Origin: an uncultured Candidatus Entotheonella sp.
GTDB lineage: Bacteria > Tectomicrobia > Entotheonellia > Entotheonellales > Entotheonellaceae
Length of the DNA: 64,000 nt
Direction: 5' to 3'
Assembly (NCBI GenBank): GCA_965217185.1
Contig: OZ244252.1
Span: forward strand, 2,208,001-2,272,000
Positions 1 through 7,830 of this stretch are shown here, piece after piece. Numbering within the stretch: position 1 is the stretch's first letter; every line of letters starts with the position of its first letter. Both the position numbers and the translations under genes were made by a program. The notes below the pieces were generated by a model. That model ran no database searches. It saw nothing but the letters and a program-made list of their open reading frames with translations, and had not been told where the DNA came from.

Positions 1-314
1 CGAATGTTGGCCCCGGCACAAAACACCTGCGGCTTGGCAGATACGATGACCACTGCCGCGACTTCCGGGTACTCGAATCGCAGGCGCTGTACGGCGTCGT
101 AAAGCTCGATATCCACCCCGAGATCGTACGAATTGAGCTTGAGCTCATACCCCGGAACGAGCGGCGCCTCTTCTTGCACGTCCAGCGTCAGCGTTGCCAA
201 CCGACCTTCAACCGTGAGCGTCCAGTGCCGATACTGATCAGGATGCGTGCGGAAATCGACGAACGGCTCTTGTCGTGCCGACGGCGTCTGGGTGAGGCTA
301 TCGCGCGTCGCCAT
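1..314 (-). CDS. boxC: 2,3-epoxybenzoyl-CoA dihydrolase BoxC, N-terminal part (runs off the window edge)
   Basis: Not in ORF track. Manual translation from ATG 314: MATRDSLTQ...VDFRTHPDQYRHWTL...GYELKLNSYDLGVDIELYDAVQRLRFEYPEV...VFCAGANI, the characteristic BoxC N-terminus. AAGGA RBS upstream. Confidence 0.9.
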   Translation of the reverse strand, partial: MATRDSLTQTPSARQEPFVDFRTHPDQYRHWTLTVEGRLATLTLDVQEEAPLVPGYELKLNSYDLGVDIELYDAVQRLRFEYPEVAAVVIVSAKPQVFCAGANI

Positions 315-597
315 TACTTGAATGTCCTTCTTCATGCTGAACGCAACGTCCACCGCAGCCATGCTGCCGCTATACCGGCAGAGCCGTTTCTGCCCGAATC
401 ACGCTCTTCTGGGCGGGTGTGGTGAATCCAGCACCCTGGAAACACATCGGCTACTTGGAAAACCAGGTGCTTCACCGCTGCTTCCGATATGGCAAGGGTA
501 ACGGGGGTGCGTAACCTCAGTATCAAAGTCTGCGACCCGCGGGTGTCGGCCTGTAGAATGTCGGATTACGCCAGCGGCTAATCCGATTTGCACACCG

Positions 598-1593
598 TCA
601 TCCGACAAGGCGTTCCAGGATGTGAGCGGTTTCGTCCGGCGGTGCGTCCACCTGCACGGTATGCATGCCGATTCCCGCTTCCGACTGAGCCGCCAGGCGA
701 TCCAAACAGGCTTCCAGCGGTCCGGCGAAAAAGAGGCTGTCCACGAGCTCGTCGGGCACCGCGGCGGTTCCGGCGGCGCGGCCGCCCTTTTCCCAGGCGG
801 CGCGAATGGTTTGAACGGCGGCGCCGTGCCCCAGGCGGGTGAGTTGCTCGCGGTAGTAATCGCCCATGTTGGTGGCGTAAAACGCAATGTGGCTCTTGCC
901 CTCCTGCCGGTAGGCTTCGACATTGCGGGTCACGGTGACGCTGCCCGGACTGCGCACGGTGACGCCGCCGGGGTCGCGGCCCGCCGCCGACACCTGCTGG
1001 CGGAACGCTTTCACCTCCTGTCCGAGTTGCCCCAACGGAATGAGAACCGGCATCCAGCCGTCGGCCAGCAGGGCGGTCTGGGCGACGCTCTTGGGCGTCA
1101 GCGAGGCGATGAAAATCGGGATGTCGGCGCGCAACGGCTCGAAGCGCAGCCGGAAGCCGCGCTGCAGCGTGAACACCTTGCCCTCGTAGTGCAGCGGTTG
1201 CTGGGCGAGGATCATGCGGATGATATCGATGTATTCGCGCAGCCGCGTCAGGGACGGCTGGAAGGGTACCCCATGCCAGTGCTCGATGACCCGGTAGCCG
1301 CTGGTGCCGAGGCCGATTAGCATGCGCCCGCCGCTCAATTCGTCGAGGGTGGCAAAGTGCTGCGCCAGGGCCGCCGGGGTGCGCGAATAGGTGTTGACGA
1401 TGCCGCTGCCGAGCGCGATGCGCTTGGTCTCGCGCGCCAGCACCGCCAGCATCGTGAAGCAATCGCGCCCCCACGCCTCCGGCACCCATACCGTATCCAC
1501 CCCCGCGTCGTCGGCCGCGCGCACCCGTGTAATGCCTTGCTCCCAGTCGAATGGCCCCTGCCAGTTAAAGCCTACGGACAGCCGCCGTGCCAT
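598..1593 (-). CDS. LLM-class flavin/F420-dependent oxidoreductase
   Basis: WVPEAWGRD, LGSGIVNTYSRTPA, DELSGGRMLIGLG and ADGW motifs of the luciferase-like family. Confidence 0.88.
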   Translation of the reverse strand: MARRLSVGFNWQGPFDWEQGITRVRAADDAGVDTVWVPEAWGRDCFTMLAVLARETKRIALGSGIVNTYSRTPAALAQHFATLDELSGGRMLIGLGTSGYRVIEHWHGVPFQPSLTRLREYIDIIRMILAQQPLHYEGKVFTLQRGFRLRFEPLRADIPIFIASLTPKSVAQTALLADGWMPVLIPLGQLGQEVKAFRQQVSAAGRDPGGVTVRSPGSVTVTRNVEAYRQEGKSHIAFYATNMGDYYREQLTRLGHGAAVQTIRAAWEKGGRAAGTAAVPDELVDSLFFAGPLEACLDRLAAQSEAGIGMHTVQVDAPPDETAHILERLVG

Positions 1594-1624
1594 ACGTTGC
1601 TCCTTGTGTGAATAACGGATTGAA

Positions 1625-2665
1625 TTATTGACCGTTAAGAATGCTGCGCATGATCTCGGCGGCCTGTTCCGCCTCGGTGCGGCTGACGTCGAGGTGCGTC
1701 ACCAGGCGCATGCCGTAGCGTCCCATGGCGAGGGCCAGAACACCGCGCTGGCTCATCGCTGCCGCCAAGCCGGGCGCGTCCACGCACGCCTCGTCGGGGT
1801 CGAGTTGCAAGTAGATGATGTTGGTTTCCACGTTGGACGGCTCGACCCGCAAGCCGGGGGCGCCGCTGATGCGTTCGGCGAGCAGCTTGGCGTTGAAATG
1901 ATCGTCGGCGAGGCGTTCGACGTTGTTCTCCAATGCGTAAATACCCGCGGCGGCCAAGATGCCGGCCTGCCGCATGCCGCCGCCGAACATCTTGCGGTAG
2001 CGTTGCGCCTTGCCAATGAAGTCCTCGCTGGCCGCAATCACGGAGCCGACCGGCGCGCCCAGCCCCTTGGAAAGGCACAGCGTGCACGAATCGAAGTACT
2101 GGGTGATCTCAGTGGCCTGCAGGTCGGAAGCCACGGTGGCGTTCATCAGGCGGGCGCCGTCGAGGTGCATGGCGAGGCCCTCGGCGCGGGCCACGTCGTG
2201 AATGTCCTTGATGCGGTCCATGGGATAAACGGCACCGCCGCCGCGGTTGTGGGTATTTTCAAGCGATACCAGGCGGGTCGGGGCGTTATGCACGTCGTTG
2301 CCGTGGCGTATCACCCGCGCCACCTGCTCGGCGGACAGCACGCCGCGCTCGCCGTCCTGCAAATTGACCTGCACGCCGGACAGCGCCGCCAGGCCGCCGG
2401 ACTCGCTGTTGAACGGGTGGCTGTTGCGTTCCATGATGATCTCGTCGCCGGGCTGCGTGTGCACCTTGATGGATATCTGATTGGCCATGGTGCCGGAGGG
2501 CACGTACAGGGCCGCCTCCTTGCCCAGCACTTGCGCCGCGAGTTCCTGCAACCGGTTGACGGACGGGTCCTCGCCAAACACGTCGTCGCCGACTTCGGCC
2601 TCGGCCATGGCGAGGCGCATCTCCGGGGACGGTTTGCTGACGGTATCGCTGCGTAAATCGATCAT
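1625..2665 (-). CDS. ltaE: Low-specificity L-threonine aldolase
   Basis: [39 protein letters not shown] (PLP Lys). Start moved to ATG 2665, overlapping the dapF stop (ATGA). Confidence 0.93.
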   Translation of the reverse strand: MIDLRSDTVSKPSPEMRLAMAEAEVGDDVFGEDPSVNRLQELAAQVLGKEAALYVPSGTMANQISIKVHTQPGDEIIMERNSHPFNSESGGLAALSGVQVNLQDGERGVLSAEQVARVIRHGNDVHNAPTRLVSLENTHNRGGGAVYPMDRIKDIHDVARAEGLAMHLDGARLMNATVASDLQATEITQYFDSCTLCLSKGLGAPVGSVIAASEDFIGKAQRYRKMFGGGMRQAGILAAAGIYALENNVERLADDHFNAKLLAERISGAPGLRVEPSNVETNIIYLQLDPDEACVDAPGLAAAMSQRGVLALAMGRYGMRLVTHLDVSRTEAEQAAEIMRSILNGQ

Positions 2666-3513
2666 GAGCGGGCTTCCTCCTGCTGATGCCATTCGCCGCT
2701 GAACACCTCCACGGCCGGGCCGGTCATCAAGACCTGGTTGTCGCTGGCCTGCCATTCCAATTCCAGGGGACCGCCCAGCAGGTGCGCGGTGACCCGCCGG
2801 TCCGTGCGCCCGGTGAGGTGGCACGCCACCGCGGCGGCCGAGGCGCCGGTGCCGCAGGCAAGCGTTTCGCCCGAGCCGCGCTCCCACACGCGCATACTGA
2901 ACGATTCCCGGTCGTGCACCTGGACGAACTCGGTGTTGACCCCCTCCGGGAAGATGTCGTGGTGCTCAAAGTGCGGCCCCCAGCGAGCCACGTCGAAGCC
3001 GTCAACGTCCTCCACGAACACCACGCAGTGCGGGTTTCCCATCGATACTGCGGTGACGTCGAAGGTGGCGCCGTCGACGAGCAGCGGCTCGTTGATCACC
3101 TCACCCGGCGTGCCCTGCATAGGAATCTGCGCCCGCTGCAGACGGGGCTCGCCCATCCTGACGCGCACCCGGTTGACCGCGCCGCCGGCGACAAACAAGT
3201 CCAGATTCAGGACGCCTGCCAGGGTCTCGACGTTCAGGGTGGTGCGGCGGGCAATGTCGTGGTCGTACACGTATTTGGCCACGCAGCGAATGCCGTTGCC
3301 GCACATCTGCGCTTCGCTGCCGTCGGCGTTGAACATGCGCATGCGGCAGTCGGCTTTGTCGGAGGGCAGAATAAGAATCAGGCCGTCGGCGCCGATGCCG
3401 AAATGCCGGTCGCTCACCGCCCGCGCCACCGCGGCGGGATCGTCGACCCGCTCCCCAAAGCCGTTAACGTAAACATAATCGTTACCAAGCCCGTGCATTT
3501 TGGTGAAGCGCAT
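2662..3513 (-). CDS. dapF: Diaminopimelate epimerase
   Basis: [41 protein letters not shown]. Confidence 0.96.
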   Translation of the reverse strand: MRFTKMHGLGNDYVYVNGFGERVDDPAAVARAVSDRHFGIGADGLILILPSDKADCRMRMFNADGSEAQMCGNGIRCVAKYVYDHDIARRTTLNVETLAGVLNLDLFVAGGAVNRVRVRMGEPRLQRAQIPMQGTPGEVINEPLLVDGATFDVTAVSMGNPHCVVFVEDVDGFDVARWGPHFEHHDIFPEGVNTEFVQVHDRESFSMRVWERGSGETLACGTGASAAAVACHLTGRTDRRVTAHLLGGPLELEWQASDNQVLMTGPAVEVFSGEWHQQEEARS

Positions 3514-3627
3514 GCCGCCATCCCCGTGTTTGGTTCTCGTCTCGAACGTTCTTGGCCAAAAGACCGCGCGTTTTTCGGTCCCGGTACGGTGGCAAAACCC
3601 CGCCCGGTTTGTCAAGCCGAGAATGGC

Positions 3628-3656
3628 TTGACTTCGCCGGTGGCAGTCCGTAATCT
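3628..3656 (+). promoter_or_regulatory. Candidate sigma-70 promoter of the comEA-selenoprotein operon
   Basis: TTGACT-N17-TAATCT about 90 nt upstream of comEA. Confidence 0.5.
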
Positions 3657-3744
3657 GCCGCCTTTATTTTTGACTTCCCAAGACAGATCCTGGTAAGTCG
3701 GTTCCTGTTCATGTTCGGCCCACTCAACGGAGAAGGAGCACCCT

Positions 3745-4050
3745 ATGAAGTTCGATAGGCGACGCTTGGCAGCCGTTGCCCTGGCGATTGCCCTACTGGT
3801 CGGCGGCCTAGGTTTGGGTATGGCGCAGGCGCAGGATGAGGGCACGCCCATAAACATCAACACGGCCGACGAGGTCGAGTTGATGATGTTGAAGGGCATC
3901 GGTGAAGCAAAGGCTAAGGCCATTATCGAGTACCGGGAGGCACAGTCCTTCGAAACCATCGAAGACCTCATGAAGGTCTCGGGAATTGGCGAGAAGACCT
4001 TTGAAAACATCAAGGACCGCATCACCGTTGGGGAAACGGCGGACGAGTAG
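3745..4050 (+). CDS. comEA: ComEA-family helix-hairpin-helix DNA-binding protein, secreted
   Basis: Signal peptide, then ININTAD.EL..LKGIGEAKAKAIIEYR...F..IEDL.KVSGIGEKT. AAGGAG RBS. Confidence 0.9.
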   Translation: MKFDRRRLAAVALAIALLVGGLGLGMAQAQDEGTPININTADEVELMMLKGIGEAKAKAIIEYREAQSFETIEDLMKVSGIGEKTFENIKDRITVGETADE

Positions 4051-4076
4051 AGGCGCAAGGCCGCGAAGGAGTGCAC

Positions 4077-4424
4077 ATGAGCCGGCAAGTGGATTGGTAC
4101 TATCACCGCAAGGGTTGAACCACCTGTTCCAAGGTTTCCAGGTTTTTGGAGACCCGTGACGTGACGGTGCAGGACACGATTCCGGCAAGCAGGAAGCTCG
4201 GGCTGAGTGATGCGCTGGCACTGGTGGAGCAGGCCGACCGGCTGGTTGTCGCGAAAGGCAAGAAGCTGACGGATCTCGATCTGGGCGCCGAACCGCCGAC
4301 CCCTGACGCGGTGGCCAAGCTGATGCTGGGGCCTACCGGCAACCTGCGAGCGCCCACCCTACGCGTTGGACGCACCCTCGTTGTCGGCTACAATGAGCAG
4401 GCACTGGTTGAGACGTTCGGCTAA
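4077..4424 (+). CDS. ArsC/Spx-like thioredoxin-fold selenoprotein (115 aa, Sec at TGA 4116-4118, UTTC motif)
   Basis: AAGGAG RBS, ATG 4077, MSRQVDWYYHRKG-TGA-TTCSKV continues in frame into track ORF 4146-4424 (LGPTGNLRAPTLRVG..LVVGYN). SECIS-like hairpin follows. Confidence 0.85.
4133..4154 (+). promoter_or_regulatory. Putative bacterial SECIS element 1
   Basis: GGUUUCCAG-GUUU-UUGGAGACC hairpin; loop begins with GU, 23 nt after the UGA. Confidence 0.75.
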
Positions 4425-4463
4425 TTCCGCGGCAAGGCGCGGGCTGAGAGAAAGGAAGTGAGC

Positions 4464-4697
4464 GTGGACAAGGAAGTCATCGTCTATAGCAACGTTGGTT
4501 GAGGCCCCTGTCACCAAGCGATGGAGTATCTATCGCAGAAGGGGGTCGCATTTGTGGAAAAGAATGTCGCCCGTGATCCCGACGCCGTGCAGGAATTGAT
4601 CGGCATGGGGTTGCGTTCCCTCCCGGTGGTGGTGATCGGTGAGCAGCGGCTCAGCGGATTTAACCCCGCCGCCATTGACGCGGCACTCGCCTCGTAG
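4464..4697 (+). CDS. Glutaredoxin/NrdH-like selenoprotein (77 aa, Sec at TGA 4500-4502, UGPC motif)
   Basis: Absent from ORF track. AAGGAAG RBS, GTG start, MDKEVIVYSNVG-TGA-GPCHQAMEYLSQKGVAFVEKNVARDPDAVQELIGMGLRSLPVVVIGEQRLSGFNPAAIDAALAS; cis-Pro (LPVV) and GF motifs of glutaredoxins. Confidence 0.88.
4503..4547 (+). promoter_or_regulatory. Putative bacterial SECIS element 2
   Basis: Upper stem GCGAUGGA-GUA-UCUAUCGC (4518-4536), lower stem GGCCCCU/GGGGGUC; loop GU 23 nt after the UGA. Confidence 0.78.
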
Positions 4698-4699
4698 GA

Positions 4700-4746
4700 A
4701 AGCTCGCGGCGAACGCCCTGCCCTTTGGGGCAGACGCCGCGAGCTT
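4700..4746. terminator. Strong hairpin between convergent genes (probable bidirectional terminator)
   Basis: Perfect 12-bp inverted repeat AAGCTCGCGGCG/CGCCGCGAGCTT enclosing an inner CTGCCC/GGGCAG stem; no long U-tract. Confidence 0.6.
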
Positions 4747-5158
4747 AATCGTGCGCCGCCTCCTCGGTGGTGCCGATCTTGTGCCGCATCGCCCGTCCTT
4801 TATCGGGATGCGGGTCTTTCACAAGACCGTATATCTGCCGTCCCTCGTGATCCTCCGGCAGGTGCTCGGTAATCGGGACGCCCTCCTTGCTAACGAACAA
4901 CAGGCAGTGGCAATACTTGTACATCTGCATCTCGTCGCAGGCGCAACGCCAGCGGCGCAGCTTTGCCTCGGCCGGCTTGTCGGGGTAGAAGTTGCACGGG
5001 CACAGTGGCACGCCGACCTCCTCGATATGCCGCGCCAGACCCTCGACAACGGTTTCCGTGACGCTGCTGTCCGGATGCAGATAGCTGCCCGACTTTTCGG
5101 CGAACTTTTCAGCGTATTTCTGCATTTTGGCAATGTTCTTTTCGCTCGGCTTGTCCAC
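4745..5158 (-). CDS. ftrC: Ferredoxin:thioredoxin reductase catalytic subunit (4Fe-4S)
   Basis: V..GLA.H....G.PLCPC...CAC...CHCLLF with plant/cyanobacterial-type Cys spacing, plus a C-terminal extension. Confidence 0.88.
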   Translation of the reverse strand: MDKPSEKNIAKMQKYAEKFAEKSGSYLHPDSSVTETVVEGLARHIEEVGVPLCPCNFYPDKPAEAKLRRWRCACDEMQMYKYCHCLLFVSKEGVPITEHLPEDHEGRQIYGLVKDPHPDKGRAMRHKIGTTEEAAHD

Positions 5159-5189
5159 TTGCGGAGCCTCCTTTCCAAATCTCGACGCC

Positions 5190-5480
5190 TCAGGCGGCGA
5201 TGTCTTCGATGCGCTGCGCGAGGGTGAAATCCAGGTCGCTGATGCCGCCGACGTCGTGGGTGGTCAGGGCGATGGTGACGCGATTATAAACGTTGGACCA
5301 TTCCGGATGGTGATTCATCGACTCCGCCTCCAGCGCGACGCTGGCCATGAACCCGAAGGCGTTGACGAATGTGTCGAACCGGAACGTTTTGCTGAGCTTG
5401 CCGTCAATGAGTTCCCAGCCCTGCAGTTCGGGCAGCCGCGCGGCCACCTCCGCCTCGGACAGTTTTTGTCGTGCCGCCAT
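5190..5480 (-). CDS. phhB: Pterin-4-alpha-carbinolamine dehydratase
   Basis: [33 protein letters not shown] signature. Confidence 0.93.
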   Translation of the reverse strand: MAARQKLSEAEVAARLPELQGWELIDGKLSKTFRFDTFVNAFGFMASVALEAESMNHHPEWSNVYNRVTIALTTHDVGGISDLDFTLAQRIEDIAA

Positions 5481-5613
5481 GAATGCCGCCTTTCCTCAAA
5501 CCCTAGACCTGATGTTACATAACGAAGTCGCCTAGCCGTGTTCATCCTGGAAATTGAGAATGACACACCATGCGCGCGGTCGCCAGCTTTTTTCTTGAAA
5601 TGGAGATGGGCGT

Positions 5614-6507
5614 ATGATTGTGGCGCTGATTGCCCTGATCCTGCTGATCGTGGTGTCTGGCGTGATCCTTTGGGCCGGTGGCGGCAAAACCGTCTTTGAG
5701 ACGCAGGGCGTCGGCATCGTCGAGGCCATTCCGGGGCGTCTTCCCGAGTCATCTGTCGCGCCGTCCGATGTACTGACCTTATTCGCGTATAACTTGGCTT
5801 ACGGACTCGGTGGCGCGGGGTCGAGGGGCACGCCGCAGACGGAAGCGGCGGTGTACGATCGCCTGGACCGCGTTATCGAAACAATCGCGGCTTGTGAGGC
5901 CGATGTGGCGCTGCTTCAAGCGGTCGATTTCGCCAGCCGTCGTACGGATTGCGTTGCGCAACTGCATTACATGACCGCGGCGCTGGGTTGGGGGTACGTG
6001 GCGGCGATCACAACCTGGGAATGCCGGTACTTGCCGGCGCCATGGCGGCACGCTGGGCGCGTGCGCGCCGGGCAGGGGGTCATCAGCCGGCTGCCGCTGG
6101 AACATAATAGCTGGCAGCGCCTGCCGCAGTCACGGACGTTTCCCCTGTTTACGGCGCTGTTCGCCCGGTACGAAGCGGTGCAGGTGGTCGACGTGCGGTG
6201 CGGCGTACGCGGGGTGCGGCTGGTGCAGGCCCATCTGGCGCTGCATGGGGCCGAGAGGCATCAGAGGCGAGAAGAGCAGTTGGCGGCCATCGTGCGTCGT
6301 GTAGTGATGCCGAGTTGCGTCATGACGGGAGTCGACGAGGCCACTGCGGATAGAATGTGCGCCGACTTGGGCGCCACGCTGGCTCTGCGGCCGGAAACCG
6401 GCGGCGTAATGCTTGGCACCGGCTGGCCTGATGCTAAAGTGCGGGTCTTGCTGCCGTTGGCCGATGTCTCCGAACATGCCCCGGTGCTGGTGAAGCTGCC
6501 GTTGTGA
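5614..6507 (+). CDS. Membrane-anchored endonuclease/exonuclease/phosphatase-fold protein with degenerate active site
   Basis: N-terminal TM helix, AYNL, ADVALLQAVD, ISRLPL, C-terminal SEHAPV (SDH-like). Confidence 0.7.
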   Translation: MIVALIALILLIVVSGVILWAGGGKTVFETQGVGIVEAIPGRLPESSVAPSDVLTLFAYNLAYGLGGAGSRGTPQTEAAVYDRLDRVIETIAACEADVALLQAVDFASRRTDCVAQLHYMTAALGWGYVAAITTWECRYLPAPWRHAGRVRAGQGVISRLPLEHNSWQRLPQSRTFPLFTALFARYEAVQVVDVRCGVRGVRLVQAHLALHGAERHQRREEQLAAIVRRVVMPSCVMTGVDEATADRMCADLGATLALRPETGGVMLGTGWPDAKVRVLLPLADVSEHAPVLVKLPL

Positions 6508-6522
6508 ACACCGAGCAGTCTG

Positions 6523-6873
6523 TCAGGGATGGGATTCGTCGTCGCCCGGTTTGGTGCCCAGCCGGATTTCCTCACCGTTCGAGACGCCGTCGTAGTCTGA
6601 ATCCTTTTCTTCGACGGCGAGATAAATTTCCACCTCCGGTTCCATGCCTGCCTTCTTGGCGCGCCGCAGCGCCCTGCCGTACGAGTTCAATTTCCGTTTG
6701 TTTATGTGGCAGACTTTGCAAGAGGCGTAGTACAAGTCCGTGTCGGGTATGAGGTAGTCGTAGTAGAGCTTCTCGAAGTGTTTCTGATCCTTGTTGTGCG
6801 CCTCGGCGATAACCGTCGCGGCCAACAAGAGGCCTACCGCCGCGACGGCGCATAGCACGTGGTTGCCTTTCAT
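6523..6873 (-). CDS. Small secreted putative mono-heme c protein with acidic Ca-binding-like repeat, copy 1
   Basis: Signal peptide (AEA|H), CKVCH, LNSYG, DSDYDGVSNGEEIRLGTKPGD. AAGGGAAGGA RBS. Confidence 0.75.
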   Translation of the reverse strand: MKGNHVLCAVAAVGLLLAATVIAEAHNKDQKHFEKLYYDYLIPDTDLYYASCKVCHINKRKLNSYGRALRRAKKAGMEPEVEIYLAVEEKDSDYDGVSNGEEIRLGTKPGDDESHP

Positions 6874-7060
6874 TCGAGATTCCTTCCCTTTTCAGGTCAC
6901 GTCTCTGTCGCAAGGCGCCACAACGACTCGCCGGGCGAGCAGCGGATGGGCATCTTAACATAACGGCACGGCGCTTTTCAGGGCAGTCGCGGCGAGCGCC
7001 ACTTCCCGGCATAGAGTTACGAATTGGGCAGTTGGTCATTGCTGCTCGCGAGGTGAGACG

Positions 7061-7204
7061 TTGAAGATCACGGACATGACGGTGAATCAGTTGAAGAGCT
7101 TCTTGCCCCGGGAAGCCGGCGGTGTAATCCTTGGCACCGGCTGGGCTGATGCTAAAGTGCGGGGCTTGCCGCCGTTGCCGATGTCTCCGAACATGCCCCG
7201 GTGA
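7061..7204 (+). pseudogene. Chimeric junction remnant: enolase-family N-terminus fused to the EEP C-terminus
   Basis: MKITDMTVNQLKSFLP-REAGGVILGTGWADAKVR..., then a 1-nt deletion relative to the EEP gene and a stop. Confidence 0.8.
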
Positions 7205-7239
7205 TGGTGAAGCTGCCGTTATGAACACCGAGCTGCCTG

Positions 7240-7590
7240 TCAGGGATGGGAATCGGCGTCGCCGGGCTTGGTGCCCAGCCGGATCTCCTCGCCGTTTGAG
7301 ACGCCGTCGTAGTCTGAATCCTCTTCCTCGACGGCGAGATAAATTTCCACCTCCGGTTCCATGCCTGCCTTCTTGGCGCGCCGCAGCGCCCTGCCGTACA
7401 AGTTCAGTTGCCCTACGTTTATGTGGCAGAGTCTGCAGGAGGCGTAATACAAGTCCGTGTCAGGTACGAGGTAGTTGTAGTAAAGCTTCTCGAAGCGTTT
7501 CTGATCCCGGTAGTGCGCCTCGGCGATAGCCGTCGTGGCCAACAAGAGGCCTGCCGCCACGACGGCGCACAGCATGTGGTTGCCTTTCAT
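7240..7590 (-). CDS. Small secreted putative mono-heme c protein, copy 2
   Basis: Paralog of 6523-6873, same length; CRLCH motif. Confidence 0.75.
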   Translation of the reverse strand: MKGNHMLCAVVAAGLLLATTAIAEAHYRDQKRFEKLYYNYLVPDTDLYYASCRLCHINVGQLNLYGRALRRAKKAGMEPEVEIYLAVEEEDSDYDGVSNGEEIRLGTKPGDADSHP

Positions 7591-7737
7591 TCGAGATTCC
7601 TTCCCTTTTCAGGTCACGTCTCTGTCGCAAGGCGCCACAACGACTCGCCGCGCGAGCAGCGAGCGGGCATCTTAGCACAACGACACGGCGCCGTTCGGGG
7701 CAGTCGCGGCGGGCGCCGCTTCCCGACGGGACGCCGA

Positions 7738-7766
7738 TTGACAATGCCATCCGGTGCCCATATGCT
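7738..7766 (+). promoter_or_regulatory. Sigma-70 promoter of the enolase-family gene
   Basis: TTGACA-N17-TATGCT. Confidence 0.75.
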
Positions 7767-7830
7767 GCGCTCCCGGCTATAGGGTTACGAATTGGGCTTA
7801 GTTGGTCATTGCTGCTCGCGAGGTGAGACG

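Noticed and set aside
4116..4502. Treating the two TGA-interrupted ORFs as pseudogenes, or as genetic code 4/25 reassignment
   Set aside because: TGA terminates many ordinary genes here (dapF, lon, speA), and the two TGAs sit at catalytic Cys positions with matching hairpins; Sec is the better explanation.
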